Positions 10,466 to 24,084 of a DNA stretch of 64,000 nucleotides are shown piece after piece. Origin of the DNA: Macrostomum lignano (lineage: Eukaryota); the NCBI GenBank assembly GCA_002269645.1, contig NIVC01000376.1:186001-250000 (forward strand), in the 5' to 3' direction. The notes under the pieces were generated by a model. It saw only the letters and a program-made list of their open reading frames with translations. It made no database searches and was not told the origin of the DNA. Position 1 is the first letter of the stretch. The number at the start of each line of letters is the position of its first letter. Both the position numbers and the translations under genes were made by a program.

Positions 10466-11692
10466 GATTTGGGCGTCAAATATAAAATTTTTGGCGCCTT
10501 GGTCGAAGCGTTAAAACCTTGTTAACATGTAAGTAGAAATTGCTATCCCGTTCTGTTTCTCTTCAAGAAAGCCATTTGCCGTGGAATTTCTGTCACTGGG
10601 CACGTACTGATCCGTTATTCTGAAATCTTTTTTAAGGCTACAATTATCTTTTGATGACCAGCAAAATTCTGCTTCTTTATCTATTCGCGAAATTACTGTC
10701 TCTATTAATTCCTGACTTTTTCGACTTTTGTAATAATTTTCGGTTTTAAAAATGTATGTGATTGATAAAATCCTTATACTCGTATTTCTACTTATATCTA
10801 ACTAAACAGTAGCATAAACAGGACATGCGTACTTTTTGTTGTAGCAATACGAGCATATGCAGCGTTGGCAATTCAGTCGGCATCTCTTTGAAAATTAAAA
10901 TTTAAATCTATTTTCGCCTTCCATCTCCTAATGCCGTCCTGGGAGAGCTCCGGAAAAAATCAATATACCTGTATGCACCTACTATTAACTGTTACGGGCT
11001 CTACAGGGCGATTTTTACAGCTTCGAAGTCCAGCCCCGAAAGGCTAAGACCGCCATTCAATCGTAACTTTAATAACCTCGATAATTGGGTGCTAAAATCG
11101 TTGAAAATTGCAGCTAATTGGCCACGCCAGGACAGGTGCAAATCCGGCTGGCAGAGATAAAATGTTGTCGCTAATTTTTATTGCTTTCAAATCGACCCGC
11201 TAAGCAGCCTGATAATCGGAAAAATTAAATTGAACGTGCGAAAACTTATAATGGGCCGCGCTTCTCTGACCGTCTGCGTTTGAAAACAGGTGAAAATTTT
11301 CGTTAAATTAACAGATAATTGTCCGGCATTAAATTTGGGGTGCTTTAAATTTTTTAGAATAATTTTTGTTATTGAATTCCTGTGTTCTTATCTGCGCAAG
11401 ACCCCTGCAAGGCGGACCTGGAACTGCGATGCCAAATCAACAGAGGAAAAAAATTTCCTAATTGGACCGGAGGGGGTTCTTTGTTCAAACAAAGACCGCA
11501 GCTTCTAAGGCCTGCCCATCCAAAGCCAACAAACTTGCGCTGCAGTTTGCAGTTTATCTGGGGGGGGGGGGGGCAGGACGCCGCTTTCCTGTCAGCACAG
11601 GTGTCCGAAACGCTCCTGCATTGCTGATGCAGTTTGTTTCTGGGCGGAGTTGCCCTGCGGTTGGGGCATATTGCAGAAATTGCTAAGTGCAT

Positions 11693-11842
<150 letters not shown>

Positions 11843-12404
11843 GGTCTTTCACAACAATCTAACTAGCTAACAATGTTAGCACTAACCACCTCCAATGAAT
11901 TCCGCTTCCATGAATTTCAAGGAAGTCTCGCAAATTAAAAATCAAGCCTGAATAGAATGGGGCTTGGGGAACAAGACTCAGCAGAGGACAAAGACTCCAG
12001 TTTTGAAGGCAGCGAAGTGAACGCAGGCCGGCAGTCGGGAATTTTTTATTCGACTTGCCGCTCCAAGACGGGACGGGACACTAAAAAGTGCCGATTTCAA
12101 GGGGAGCGAATGCTTCACTTCAGCACCGCGCGCTGCACCGACACTGGCAGTCCGCCTCCGCCTCCTGGGACGAATTGAAGGAAGTCGTAAAAATCCCGCG
12201 CTGCTGTAATTTCTCAGTGTCCGACAGGCACATTTTGGAGACAACTTTATGGGGCTACAATAGCCCCCGGCAGCCAGGGTCTTTGTCTCGTGTCTTGAGT
12301 CTCTGTCAGCGGCTCAGGCTGAACACCTGGTAGTTTTATGATGTCGCTTTGGTTTGAACCCTGTGTTAGACCAGACTCATTATTTGCGTGAGGGATTAAA
12401 AAGG

Positions 12405-12850
12405 GGCAATTCTCCGAGGGGAATTCTAAAGGCCGATTCTCCGAGGGGAATTCTAAGGCCGATTCTCCGAGGGTGATTCTAAAGGCCGATTCTCCGAGGG
12501 GAATTCTAAAGGCCGATTCTCGCAGGGAATTCTAAAGGCCGATTCTCGCAGGGAATTCTAAAGGCCGATTCTCCGAGGGGAATTCTAAAGGCCGATTCTC
12601 CGAGGGGAATTCTAAAGGCCGATTCTCCGAGGGGAATTCTAAGGCCGATTCTCCGAGGGTGATTCTAAAGGCCGATTCTCCGAGGGGAATTCTAAAGGCC
12701 GATTCTCTCCGAGGGGAATTCTAAGGCCGATTCTCCGAGGGTGATTCTAAAGGCCGATTCTCCCAGGGAATTCTAAGGCCGATTCTCCGAGGGTGATTCT
12801 AAAGGCCGATTCTCCCAGGGAATTCTAAAGGCCGATTCTCCGAGGGGAAC
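12405..12850. repeat. 28-bp minisatellite GAATTCTAAAGGCCGATTCTCCGAGGGG
   Basis: About 16 copies. Confidence 0.95.
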
Positions 12851-13274
12851 TAAAGGAGCATTTTCACCCTGACCAACCTTCACTTTGCAGACTTCAATGG
12901 CATAATTTCGTCAATCTTTCAATCCTCTTTGTGAATAATGAAACTTGATATCGATAAATCATCTGCGCGAAGGTTCGGGTTTCTTTGATCAGTTCGGATT
13001 TAAAATCTGTCATCATCGTTGGGACGCCTCAGTGTGCGAATCAGAAGCCCTTTACTGACAACTTCACGGCATTAAGTTGTATAAATGCAAGGAAGTGGTG
13101 ACAGATCTTGATGCGAGGGGCGTGCACAGATGACAGGATAAGATGGCATTACATTCGTCTCTTCTCTATTCATCACCTATCCATGAGCATATGAGCTGTT
13201 TTTCGAGGGTGGGGCGGGTTCTGGGTTGAATTGCGTGTCAGGTCCTCTTTTCCTAGCTTAGAGGTGGTGCTGGG

Positions 13275-13540
13275 GACAGTGGGAGAGAAAAAAGTGGAGA
13301 GATTAGAGGGGAGAGATTAGAGGGGAGAGCGAATAGAGAAAGAGAGATGAGGGAAGAGAGGCGTGGGAGAGAAAAGAGGAAGACGGGAGAGGGAGGGCGG
13401 AGAGGTTAGAGTAGAGAGATTAGAGATTGAAGGGGAGAGACGAAAGGGGAGAGGTGAGAGGGGAGAGATTAGAGGGGAAAGATTCGAGCTGAAAGAGGAG
13501 AGGAAGAGGTGGGGGAAGAGGGAAGGAGAGGCAGAGGAAG
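13275..13540. repeat. GA-rich low-complexity tract
   Basis: Purine-only stretch. Confidence 0.85.
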
Positions 13541-14129
13541 GCTAGTGAACAAAACATCTCAAGAAGCCGGCATCGCACTGAGAGTGAGCGGCCCAATTGT
13601 TCAAATTGCATTTCCCCTCCCCAATTAGCGAAAGAAATCCTCCAAAAATCCGGGGAAGATTCTGTCCCAGTGCACCCCGTTCCAGTAAAAGAAATTGAAT
13701 TTCCGATGACGGGCTGAGAGACCGATTACCAAGTAGCAACGGGGATTAAAGGAAGCTTAATCCTAATCCCCCGGATACCCGTCTCGAGTCTGTATCGGGC
13801 GCGGTTTAAGGTATAAAATGGGAGTTTTATCCCCGCATGGCAACAAAGTCTATTTGCCATGGCTTCTGCACTGGGATATCTAAGCCAGGGGATTCAGGCG
13901 GGGGGAGGATGGGTAGGGCGCAGCAACAGTTGACATCTAGACAGACCTGGGGTATGCGGTGCGACTGTCCACTCTGTGGAGGCGGAATGTGAGGGTCATT
14001 TTGGAGGCGGGGTTGTTCCGGAGCCCGGGCGGGTGCTTGCTGCGCGTCTCTGAGCCGTGGAGTCCTTCGGAACTAGACATCTGGAATGGAAACACACGGC
14101 TTGGTGGTATATACCCTGCGGATTGCAGT

Positions 14130-16120
14130 TCATGATTTGGAATCAATATCTCATGATTTGACAGTCAATATCTCATGGTTTGACAGCCAATATCTCATGA
14201 TTTGACAGTCAATATCTCATGGTTTGACAGCCAATATCTCATGGTTTGACAGTCAATATCTCATGATTTGACAGTCAATATCTCATGGTTTGACAGTCAA
14301 TATCTCATGATTTGACAGTCAATATCTCATGATTTGACAGCCAATATCTCATGATTTGACAGTCAATATCTCATGGTTTGACAGCCAATATCTCATGATT
14401 TGACAGTCAATATCTCATGGTTTGACAGCCAATATCTCATGGTTTGACAGTCAATATCTCATGATTTGACAGTCAATATCTCATGGTTTGACAGTCAATA
14501 TCTCATGATTTGACAGTCAATATCTCATGATTTGACAGTCAATATCTCATGATTTGACAGTCAATATCTCATGATTTGACAGTCAATAACTCATGGTTTG
14601 ACAGTCAATATCTCATGGTTTGACAGCCAATATCTCATGATTTGACAGTCAATATCTCATGATTTGACAGTCAATATCTCATGATTTGACAGTCAATATC
14701 TCATGATTTGACAGTCAATATCTCATGATTTGACAGTCAATAACTCATGGTTTGACGGTCAATATCTCATGATTTGACAGTCAATATCTCATGATTTGAC
14801 AGTCAATAACTCATGGTTTGACAGTCAATATCTCATGATTTGACAGCCAATATCTCATGATTTGACAGTCAATATCTCATGATTTGACAGTCAATATCTC
14901 ATGGTTTGACAGTCAATAACTCATGGTTTGACAGTCAATATCTCATGGTTTGACAGTTGGTATCTCATGGTTTGACAGTCAATATCTCATGGTTTGACAG
15001 CCAATATCTCATGATTTGACAGTCAATATCTCATGATTTGACAGTCAATATCTCATGGTTTGACAGTTGGTATCTCATGGTTTGACAGTTGGTATCTCAT
15101 GGTTTGACAGTCAATATCTCATGATTTGACAGTCAATATCTCATGGTTTGACAGTTGGTATCTCATGGTTTGACAGTCAATATCTCATGGTTTGACAGCC
15201 AATATCTCATGATTTGACAGTCAATATCTCATGATTTGACAGTCAATATCTCATGGTTTGACAGTTGGTATCTCATGGTTTGACAGTCAATATCTCATGA
15301 TTTGACAGTCAATAACTCATGGTTTGACAGTCAATATCTCATGGTTTGACAGTCAATATCTCATGGTTTGACAGTTGGTATCTCATGGTTTGACAGTCAA
15401 TATCTCATGGTTTGACAGCCAATATCTCATGATTTGACAGTCAATATCTCATGATTTGACAGTCAATATCTCATGATTTGACAGTCAATATCTCATGGTT
15501 TGACAGCCAATATCTCATGGTTTGACAGCCAATATCTCATGATTTGACAGTCAATATCTCATGGTTTGACAGCCAATATCTCATGATTTGACAGTCAATA
15601 TCTCATGGTTTGACAGCCAATATCTCATGATTTGACAGTCAATATCTCATGATTTGACAGTCAATATCTCATGGTTTGACAGTTGGTATCTCATGGTTTG
15701 ACAGTCAATATCTCATGATTTGACAGTCAATAACTCATGGTTTGACAGTCAATATCTCATGATTTGACAGTCAATATCTCATGGTTTGACAGTCAATAAC
15801 TCATGGTTTGACAGTCAATATCTCATGGTTTGACAGTCAATATCTCATGGTTTGACAGCCAATATCTCATGATTTGACAGTCAATAACTCATGGTTTGAC
15901 AGTTGGTATCTCATGGTTTGACAGTCAATATCTCATGGTTTGACAGCCAATATCTCATGATTTGACAGTCAATATCTCATGGTTTGACAGTTGGTAACTC
16001 ATGATTTGACAGTCAATATCTCATGATTTGACAGTCAATATCTCATGATTTGACAGTCAATATCTCATGATTTGACAGTTGGTATCTCATGGTTTGACAG
16101 TCAATAACTCATAGTTTGAC
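14130..16120. repeat. 22-bp minisatellite TGACAGTCAATATCTCATG(A/G)TT
   Basis: About 90 copies with a few discrete variants. Confidence 0.97.
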
Positions 16121-17039
16121 ATTTCATATATGTGCATCTCGTGATTCACTAATCGATATCTAATAGTTTTGTGAAGAAAACGAAAACTCCTCAATCCAGA
16201 TGTTCTATTTAAAAGCGTCTTGGCTACAATAAGAAGGCAATTCTCAATGCCCCAAGTGAAGGGGAGGGCAGATCGAGTCAAAAAATGCCGCGCCCACATC
16301 AGGCCTCATAGTAGTTGTCAAAACGAATTAGACCTTGATCTGAGAGGCGAGGAGGCCTGGGAGAGAGAGAGGGAGGAGGCGGCGCCAAAAGTCAGTTGGC
16401 CATTGCCAAGGAGCGCTGAAGCTAGAGTCTGGATTAGTCTTCGGCGACATTGTCCCACACAACCAGCGCTGATAGCAATTCTGCTCGTTGCGCTGACTCC
16501 AGAGTTCCGCAATCCAGATTCTAGCTTCTAGGATCTCCTTGACCCGCCCGAGCCCCCCCCCCCGTGTCCAGTCAGTTTTGGCTTATTTAAATGTCGCAAT
16601 TAAACCCTGGTTCAGACGGCAACAGCGACCCCCGAAGGCACCGGGAAGGCAATTCTTCTAAAAGCTTTTACTAAAGCAAAACAATTTACGCACAGAGCAA
16701 AGTGGCAAACGACGCTCGGGGGGAGGCCAAACACACACAACACGGGTCCTTGGGAGAATAATAGACCTCTCGGGATGAAGAGCAGAAGCAGATGCGTCTG
16801 GGGTTAACAAAATTTTGCCATTCTACCTTCTAAAAGCATCTCGATTAGCAAATAGTAATGGATTGCTGCTGGCCCGGCGGCTGTGACAACAGATTGATGC
16901 TGGCTGGCTTTGCACTGCGCTTTCATTGGAATTGGAATTGGATAGGTACCGGCTTTGCAAGGATGCTGCCTATTGCTCTTTTAGAGTGAATGGTTCTGCC
17001 TGCTGACTCTCCTGCTGCTGACTGATCGCTCTTTCTTGT

Positions 17040-18835
17040 TTCTCTCCCTGTCATCTCTCCCGTCTCTCATCTCATCTCCCCCTCTCCCATCTCATCTCTC
17101 CCTCTCTCATCTCATCTCCCCCTCTCTCATCTCATCTCCCCCTCTCTCATCTCATCTCCCCCTCTCTTATCTCATCTCCCCCTCTCTTATCTCATCTCCC
17201 CTCTCTTATCTCATCTCCCCCTCTCCCATCTCATCTCTCCCTCTCTCATCTCATCTCCCCATCTCTCATCTCATCTCCCCCTCTCTCATCTCATCTCCCC
17301 CTCTCTTATCTCATCTCCCCTCTCTTATCTCATCTCTCCCCTCTCCCATCTCATCTCTCCCCTCTCCCACCTCATCTCTCCCCTCTCTCATCTCATCTCC
17401 CCTCTCATCTCATATCCCCCTCTCCTTCTCATCCCCTCTCTCATCTGATTTCTCCCCTCTCCCATCTCTTTTCTCCCCTTTCTTATCTCATCTCCCCCCT
17501 CTCCCCTCTCATCTCTCCTTTCTCTCATCTCACCTCTCCGCTCTCCCCTCTCATCTTTCCCCTCCCCAATCTCTCATTTCATCCTCCCCCTCTCCCAATT
17601 TATATTCTTCCTGTCTCATCTTGTCTCTTCCCCATCTCCCCTCTCATCTCTCTATCTTGTTTATTTTCATTTCTCTTCATTTCAGTTTAATCCAGAAATT
17701 CTCTCAATTCTACACGATAATTCTTTAAGCAGAAGACCTGTCCTGTACCCCACCGCCCGTCAATCCATTATTCGCTACCAGTTGCAAGCGATAACCATCT
17801 AGTTGTGTTTCTGTCTAATAGCTTATTCAGAAGTCTCAGCGTTGCGTCACGACATGGGTTCAGCCAGGATTTCGAACCCGCAACCCCCGGGCTTTTGTCA
17901 GAATCAAATTGTATTGTTCTTACCATGCAGCCAATTACCGTCATGTTAATATAATTGTGTGCTCTGTGAAATGCCAGACCCTGCACCTGCAGTCTGAAAC
18001 AGATGCGCCAACTTTAATGATACCAGCATGCTAGAGAATTAGTCAATTTCTATACAACACCGAATTTGAAACAGAAGTCAAAACTTCAATGACTAATGTA
18101 TGTTGTGAGACCTGGTGCGCGCTTGAGCTTGAAGTTGTTTTAACAATGAAGCTAAAAACCATTTCACTTCTTTGTTAGGGACTCCAGATGCTCATCTCCT
18201 TTCATATCTAATTTCTCATCTACTCTACGAGCGTAATCTACTCTCTCGTATCTACTCTCATCTCCTCTCGCCTACTTTCTCATCTCCTCTCGTCTACTCT
18301 CTTATCTCTACTCTCATCTCCTCTCATATCTCCTCTCTCATCCTCTCTAATCTACTCTTTCATATCTACTCTCATATCCTCTCGCCTACTCTCTTATCAC
18401 CTCTCGTCTACTCTCTCATCTCTACTCTCATTTCCTCTCATATCTACTCTCTCCTCTCCTCTAATCTACTCTCTCATATCTACTCTCATCTCCTCTCGCC
18501 TACTCTCTCATCTCCTCTCGTCTACTCTCTCATCTCCTCTCGTCTACTCTCTCATCTCTACTCGCATCTCCTCTCATACATGTATGTCCTCTCTTATCTA
18601 TCTTTATTCTCGTTGACTCTCCCATCTCCTCTCTCATTTACTCTCTCATTTAATCTCTCATTTCTACACGCTCTTATCTCACATTTGCTTTCATTTGCTC
18701 TCTCATCTACTCTCTCACCTCTATTCTCATCTCTACTCTCTCATCTACTGTCTCACCTCTACTCTCATCTCTAATCTCACCTACTTTCTTATCTCTAATC
18801 TCATTTACTCTCTCGTCTCTACTCTCTCATCTTCT
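17040..18835. repeat. Two CT-rich degenerate arrays (17040-17645; 18190-18835)
   Basis: tctcatctcccc and ctactctcatct units. Confidence 0.85.
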
Positions 18836-19419
18836 AAAATGGGCAGATTGACCAATCATATGCTTCATATTTTCTCACCCAGGCACCTGGCAATCTTTAG
18901 AGAGAAAGAAAGATGCTTTGAAAATTTGAGACAGATATTTCAATTCCTACTCACAGAGGGAAGGCCACGATGAAGAACTCACCCAGGCTAGCAACCATCA
19001 GATTGAGAAATTTTACGCTAAAAGATTAACTCTAATGGAACGGGACTTCACCATCTTCCATTGCAGTTTTCTCTGTGTAAAATTTTTTTGCCAAAACAGG
19101 GCGTGTCTCATTGGAGAAACGCGCGAATGCAATTACTGAGAGGCAAGCAAAATGTCATTTGATCCGATAAGTGGGGGTCTCCGCGCACCTGGGCTGAGGC
19201 TCTGGCCACACCCCGTAAGCCGCTTCGAATCGGAACCTGGACTGCCTTGTGCTTCGGTTATCATCTTTGCTCCATCTTTGCTCTCTCATCTTAGTAGCTT
19301 ATAAACAGAAATGCAAAATGCGTTTCTACCTGCAGTTTTTTTGCATCAAGACGATGTGATTGACTGGAGTTCTACTTGGGTGGAGTTACTGAAGTTTAAT
19401 GAGCTTGTGGGGAAACATC

Positions 19420-19992
19420 TGTGGTAGATTTGTGGGTCAGGTAGATTTGCGGGTCAAGTAGATTTGTGGGTCAGGTAGATTTTTGGGTCAATGTAGATTT
19501 TGTGGGTCAGGTAGATTTGTGGATCAGGAAGATTTGTGGATCAGGAAGATTTGTGGATCAGGAAGATTTGTGGATCAGGTAGATTTGTGGATCAGGTAGA
19601 TTTGTGGATCAGGTAGATTTGTGGATCAGGTTGATTTTTGGGTCAAGTAGATTTGTGGGTCAGGTAGATTTGTGGGTCAGGAAGATTTGTGGATCAGGTA
19701 GATTTGTGGATCAGGTAGATTTGTGGGTCAGGTAGATTTGTGGGTCAGGAAGATTTGTGGATCAGGTAGATTTGTGGATCAGGTAGATTTGTGGATCAGG
19801 TAGATTTGTGGATCAGGTAGATTTGTGGATCAGGTTGATTTGTGGGTCAGGTAGATTTGTGGGTCAATTAGATTTGTGGGTCAGGTAGATTTGTGGGTCA
19901 GGTAGATTTGTGGGTCAGGTTGATTTGTGGGTCAGGTAGATTTGCGGGTCAATTAGATTTGTGGGTCAGGTAGATTTGTCGGTCAGGTAGTC
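19420..19992. repeat. 17-bp minisatellite CAGGTAGATTTGTGG(G/A)T
   Basis: Tandem copies; same family at 22785-23005. Confidence 0.95.
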
Positions 19993-20549
19993 ATTAATCA
20001 GGTTCATTCATTGGTTCACAGTGTCCTGTGAACTGAGGCCCAGATCATGAGCGTCATGAGCTAGTTTATAAAATATTTCTAGCAGATGATACATGCAGAT
20101 CCCGCAGTCAGCAAAGGTAAAGATTTCTCAGACCTGGCGCTTGCACAACACGATAAAAACATTTATTTTATTGTTTAATCTGTGTGATCTGCTAATTCTT
20201 AGCCTCTTATTATTTTATACAACTCTTGTTCTCAGGCTCAACACAGGGGGGGGTGTCTCACAGGCAGCAAGAGCAATATAAAATAATTTCTGCATAATAA
20301 AGGTCCACTTCAGACAAAACACGACGGAATGAACACAGAGAGAGAGAGGGGGGCATTAAGACAGACTTTGTGAAGCATCATTAAGCTAACAATGGCCAAC
20401 CTGTAACAAAAGTTATGCAGCTCAGAACCTGGCTTTGCTATAAGGTCCGCCTGCGCCTGAATGGTAAGTTTGGGAAAGTTTATTTAGCTAAAAAATGAGC
20501 AACCACAGCCAGGGACACCTGGATGTATCTGGACTGAATTCTCTACTCT

Positions 20550-21050
20550 AAAGGTAAATAGAATAGTCGAGATGTAGATAGAAGAGTAGAGAAGTAGATA
20601 GAATAGTCGAGATGTAGATAGAAAAGTAGAGAGGTAGATAGAAGAGTAGAGAAGTAGATAGAATAGTCGAGATGTAGATAGAATAGTAGAGAGGTAGATA
20701 GAATAGTCGAGATGTAGATAGAAGAGTAGAGAGGTGGATAGAAAAGTAGAGAGGTAGATAGAATCGTCGAGAGGTAGATAGATTAGTACAGAGGTAGATA
20801 GAAAAGAAGAGGTATATAGAATAGTCGAGATTTAGATAGAAGAGTAGAGAGGTAGATAGAAAAGTAGAGAGGTGGATAGAATAGTAGAGAAGTAGATTGA
20901 TGAGTAGAGAGGTTAGAGAGCTAGATAGAATAATAGAGGTAGATTGATGAGTAGAGAGGTAGATAGCATAGTAGAGAGGTAAATAGAATATTAGATAGGT
21001 AGATAGAAGAGTAGAGAAGTAGATACAAGAGTCGATAGGTAGATAGGGAG
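20550..21050. repeat. GTAGATAGAA/GAGTAGAGA degenerate purine-rich array
   Basis: Tandem copies. Confidence 0.85.
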
Positions 21051-21247
21051 AGAGGAACTTATGCTTTAAATAAATAGTCTCCATAAAGAAAAAAATATCG
21101 TATTTAAACAAAGCGAAAGTGCTTCGCTTGTTATTCGATCAGCTTCGAGTCCAATTGTCTATTAGAGTGTCCCTGAGCAAGATTGAGTGCCGGCGCAGAT
21201 ACAGGTAGGTAGGTGTCTAGTTAGCCCAACCAGCTAAAAAGGCTGCC

Positions 21248-21293
21248 ATTGGCTGCTAACCGTCAAGACAAGCAGCAGCCCCGTCCAGCCAAT
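21248..21293. promoter_or_regulatory. Paired CCAAT (NF-Y-type) boxes upstream of UNC5 exon A
   Basis: cATTGGct at 21248 and agCCAATc at 21289, about 120-165 bp before ATG 21412. Confidence 0.4.
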
Positions 21294-21411
21294 CGCAGCC
21301 TCCGTGGGCTGCCATTTTAGATTCAATTGCAAACCGAGCGCGCGGCTTTTTGGATCGGCCAGAATTACAGAATGTGAAGCGCAATTTCTGGTGAAATTTC
21401 TTCAGACAGCA

Positions 21412-21553
21412 ATGAAAAGGCAGTCGCGGCTGTTCCCGCCGCTACTTGGTTGGCTGTTGCTGATTTTTCTGAACAGCCAGTTCGCCACCGAATCCACGGC
21501 TCTGCAGTCTGCGGAGTCGTCGGCGTTCTCTACCGACTATGGCAGCCATCTCG
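21412..21553 (+). CDS. unc-5: UNC5 receptor candidate first exon A (signal peptide)
   Basis: MKRQSRLFPPLLGWLLLIFLNSQFA...: basic N-terminus plus hydrophobic core; donor gtgagt at 21554 in phase 1, compatible with acceptors at 38350 or 38392. Assignment to UNC5 is inferred. Confidence 0.6.
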
Positions 21554-21574
21554 GTGAGTTTAGTGCTGGTTTAG

Positions 21575-22215
21575 TTCAAGGGGTTGCCGGTTCAGTTGAG
21601 GGTTGCCGGTTCAGTTGGGTTGCCGGTTTAGCTGAGGGGTTGCCGGTTCAGGTAAGGGTTGCCGGTTCTGTTGAGGGTTGACGGTTTAGCTGTGGGTTGC
21701 CGGTTCAGTTGAGGGTTGCCGGTTTAGCTGTGGGTTGCCGGTTCAGTTGAGGGTTGCCGGTTCAGTTGAGGGTTGCCGGTTCAGTTGGGTTGCCGGTTTA
21801 GCTGAGGGGTTGCCGGTTCAGGTAAGGGTTGCCGGTTCTGTTGAGGGTTGACGGTTTAGCTGTGGGTTGCCGGTTCAGTTGAGGGTTGCCGGTTTAGCTG
21901 TGGGTTGCCGGTTCAGTTGAGGGTTGCCGGTTCAGTTGAGGGTTGCCGGTTCAGTTGGGTTGCCGGTTCAGTTGAGGGTTGCCGGTTTAGCTGTGGGTTG
22001 CCGGTTCAGTTGAGGGTTGCCGGTTCAGTTGAGGGTTGCCGGTTCGGTTGAGGGTTGCCGGTTCAGTTGAGGGTTGCCGGTTCAGTTGAGGGTTGACGGT
22101 TCAGTTGAGGGTTGACGGTTCAGTTGAGGGTTGACGGTTCAGTTGAGGGTTGACGGTTCAGTTGAGGGTTGACGGTTCAGTTGAGGGTTGACGGTTCAGT
22201 TGAGGGTTGCCGGTT
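21575..22215. repeat. 19-bp minisatellite GGGTTGCCGGTTCAGTTGA
   Basis: Starts about 20 bp after donor 21554. Confidence 0.95.
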
Positions 22216-22784
22216 CATAGGGATGGTTTCCAGCTCCAGGGGCCATATACGGTACTTTTGCCAGTACTTTTGGGAAGCCCTGTTATTTCTAATCAGTATT
22301 CTTAGCTCAAAACCAACAGGTAGACAATAATTAGCTTTGTTTAAGTCGAGCAATGGAAAAAATATCCGAGTATTTCCTGAACAGAAAGCTAATGTATAGG
22401 ATTTTGGGATTTTGGGATGAGATCTCGTGACACCGAAATCTAGTCGACGCACTAAAAAATTGAAAATCAGAGGAAAAAAATCAAGTCAGAATCCCCTGCA
22501 TTTGTTATTGTAATTCTTTCTGCTTGTGAAAATGCTTTTTTAAAGCAACATCGGTTGCCTGCGGCTCAGGTGGGAAGTCGGGCGTGTCTTGGTGTGCGTT
22601 GAAAAATACGCACAGAGTATTCTGTTGATTCTCTGACTGCAGTTGAGGGTATTTATGAGTTAGAGAAAGAGGCAGACAGGGCGGAGAGGAGAGGATTGAG
22701 ATAGTAGATCAAGAGAGATAGAGAGGTAGATAGCGGGGGAGATGGTAGTTGGAGATAGAGACAATAGATTGAGACGGTAGATCA

Positions 22785-23535
22785 AGGTAGATTTTGTGGG
22801 CCAAGGTAGATTTGTGAGTCAGGTAGATTTGTGAGTCAGGTAGATTTGTGGGTCAGGTAGGTTTGTGAGTCAGGTAGATTTGTGGGTCAGGTAGGTTTGT
22901 GAGTCAGGTAGGTTTGTGGGTCAGGTAGATTTGTGGGTCAGGTAGGTTTGTGGGTCAGGTAGATTTGTGGGTCAGGTAGGTTTGTGAGTCAGGTAGGTTT
23001 GTGGGTAGATACCGACGGTAGATAGAGATGGTAGATAGAGACGGTAGATACAGACGGTAGATACAGACGGTAGATACAGATGGTAGATACAGATGGTAGA
23101 TAGAGACGGTAGATACAGACGGTAGATACAGATGGTAGATAGAGATGGTAGATAGAGACGGTAGACAGAGACGGTAGATACAGACGGTAGACAGAGACGG
23201 TAGATACAGACGGTAGATAGAGACGGTAGATACGAACGGTATATACAGACGATAGATACAGACGGTAGATAGAGACGGTAGATACAGACGGTAGATAGAG
23301 ACGGTAGATACAGACGGTAGATAGAGACGGTAGATACGGACGGTAGATAGAGACGGTAGATAGAGACGGTAGATAGAGACGGTAGATAGAGACGGTAGAT
23401 AGAGACGGTAGATACAGACGGTAGATAGAGACGGTAGATACGGACGGTAGATAGAGACGGTAGATAGAGACGGTAGATACAGACGGTTGATAGAGACGGT
23501 AGATAGAGACGGTAGATAGAGACGGTAGATAGAGA
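22785..23535. repeat. 17-bp CAGGTAGATTTGTGGGT array (22785-23005) abutting 13-bp GACGGTAGATA(G/C)A array (23006-23535)
   Basis: Tandem copies; both units share GGTAGAT. Confidence 0.93.
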
Positions 23536-24084
23536 GATTCTAAAGATGTAGATAGTAGAGAGTCAGGTAAAGACAAGCGGAGATGAGCACTGACTGAGCA
23601 ATAACTGTCGCAATTATGCGGCTCTATGGGGGGGGGGGGCAGGCGGCAAAACAAATGAAAACCGGCAGCCTCAGCTCTTCAGTCTTTCGAGTTCAAAGGG
23701 CCGATAAGCAGCTGCCTCTGCTTTGATCAAAGCCAGTCCTCTGCCTCTTCGCAGCTGAAATCATTGCCCTGCCCTGGCACTCGTCCAAACGCACGCATCG
23801 CGCCCAACCCCCAACATCTCCATTTGCTAATTGCTAATCCTCTGCTATGCTCTGTAGTTTTATAATCCTGCAGTTTTTTAAGTGCAACCAGTTCCCAAGC
23901 CATGCTGAACTCGAATGCGCCCTCAATGTTTGCCCTGCTCATTTCATTTAAATCATCCATTCAACCATACGGTGCATGGCGCGTTTATGCTTTGTACTGT
24001 TACTGGTTGCTAATATCAATTCCCATATAACATCAGCTTGAGTCCGTTCCTATAGCTTTGACCCGGAGACTGATGCATAATTGA

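Noticed and set aside
16220-16531. 103-aa ORF
   Set aside because: No ATG start, recognisable domain or splice context.
17866-17950. Minus-strand B-box-like ggttgcgggttcgaaatcc, possible SINE remnant (similar weak box near 58525-58545)
   Set aside because: No convincing A box, body homology or TSD.
23727-23960. 77-aa minus-strand ORF with protein-like composition
   Set aside because: Short, no recognisable motif, no supporting exons; possibly a decayed element but unsupported.
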